The notes beneath the pieces are model-generated. The model was given only the letters and a program-made list of their open reading frames with translations. It had not been told where the DNA came from and did no database searches. A stretch of 64,000 bases of DNA, taken from Oscillospiraceae bacterium. GTDB lineage: Bacteria > Bacillota > Clostridia > Oscillospirales > Acutalibacteraceae. The position numbers and the translations under genes are program-made. Positions 63,984 to 64,000 of the stretch are shown here, in pieces. How positions within the stretch are numbered: position 1 is the first letter of the stretch; every line of letters begins with the position of its first letter. Location of the stretch: contig SVPU01000008.1 of the NCBI GenBank assembly GCA_015065685.1, forward strand, positions 6,769 through 70,768, in the 5' to 3' direction.

Positions 63984-64000
63984 ATTTCACATTAAATTAT

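Noticed and set aside
1-64000. Mobile element, prophage, genomic island or defence system (restriction-modification, toxin-antitoxin, Cas, retron, etc.).
   Set aside because: I recognised no integrase, transposase, recombinase, terminal inverted repeats, tRNA target, phage structural gene or defence-type nuclease, helicase or methylase. Composition looks uniform by eye.

Overview
Chromosomal segment of a low-GC, endospore-forming Firmicute, Clostridia-like (dpaAB, sleB and spoIIE are present). It carries about 60 tightly packed protein genes. I found no rRNA, tRNA, CRISPR array, integrase, transposase or prophage signature. Recognisable blocks, in order: (1) 57-12349, a cell-surface nucleic-acid-processing locus. 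It holds a CUT1-type ABC importer (ATPase, 2 permeases, binding lipoprotein) whose binding-protein gene overlaps a staphylococcal-nuclease lipoprotein gene. It also holds two further OB-fold-like surface proteins and a divergently transcribed tandem metallophosphoesterase/nucleotidase lipoprotein whose first copy has lost its catalytic residues. I consider this the best candidate for an undescribed system (extracellular DNA/RNA capture, digestion and uptake). (2) glnA. (3) A complete his operon headed by a YerC/TrpR-like gene and containing an in-frame hisZ-hisG fusion. (4) A small ABC/lipoprotein unit and degV. (5) A cobalamin riboswitch controlling a DUF4430-like protein plus an ECF S-component. 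(6) A long minus-strand operon murC-alaX-prmA-prfB-(lipoprotein trigger-factor paralog)-ABC-F. (7) cca, dpaAB, a TetR unit, sleB, spoIIE. (8) An EIIC-like/nth/pdxK/two-membrane-protein/M20 peptidase operon. (9) ldhA-like, a histidine phosphatase, ruvX and a fused MacB-type ABC transporter. (10) An MBOAT plus two DHHW/AlgJ-like proteins plus a small lipoprotein (glycan O-acetylation module). (11) An AraC-controlled amino-sugar cluster (BadF-type kinase, nanE, murQ) ending in an AAC(3)-like gene whose extended reading frame is interrupted by one in-frame TAG. All calls rest on reading the translated ORFs and the DNA by eye. No database search was run.
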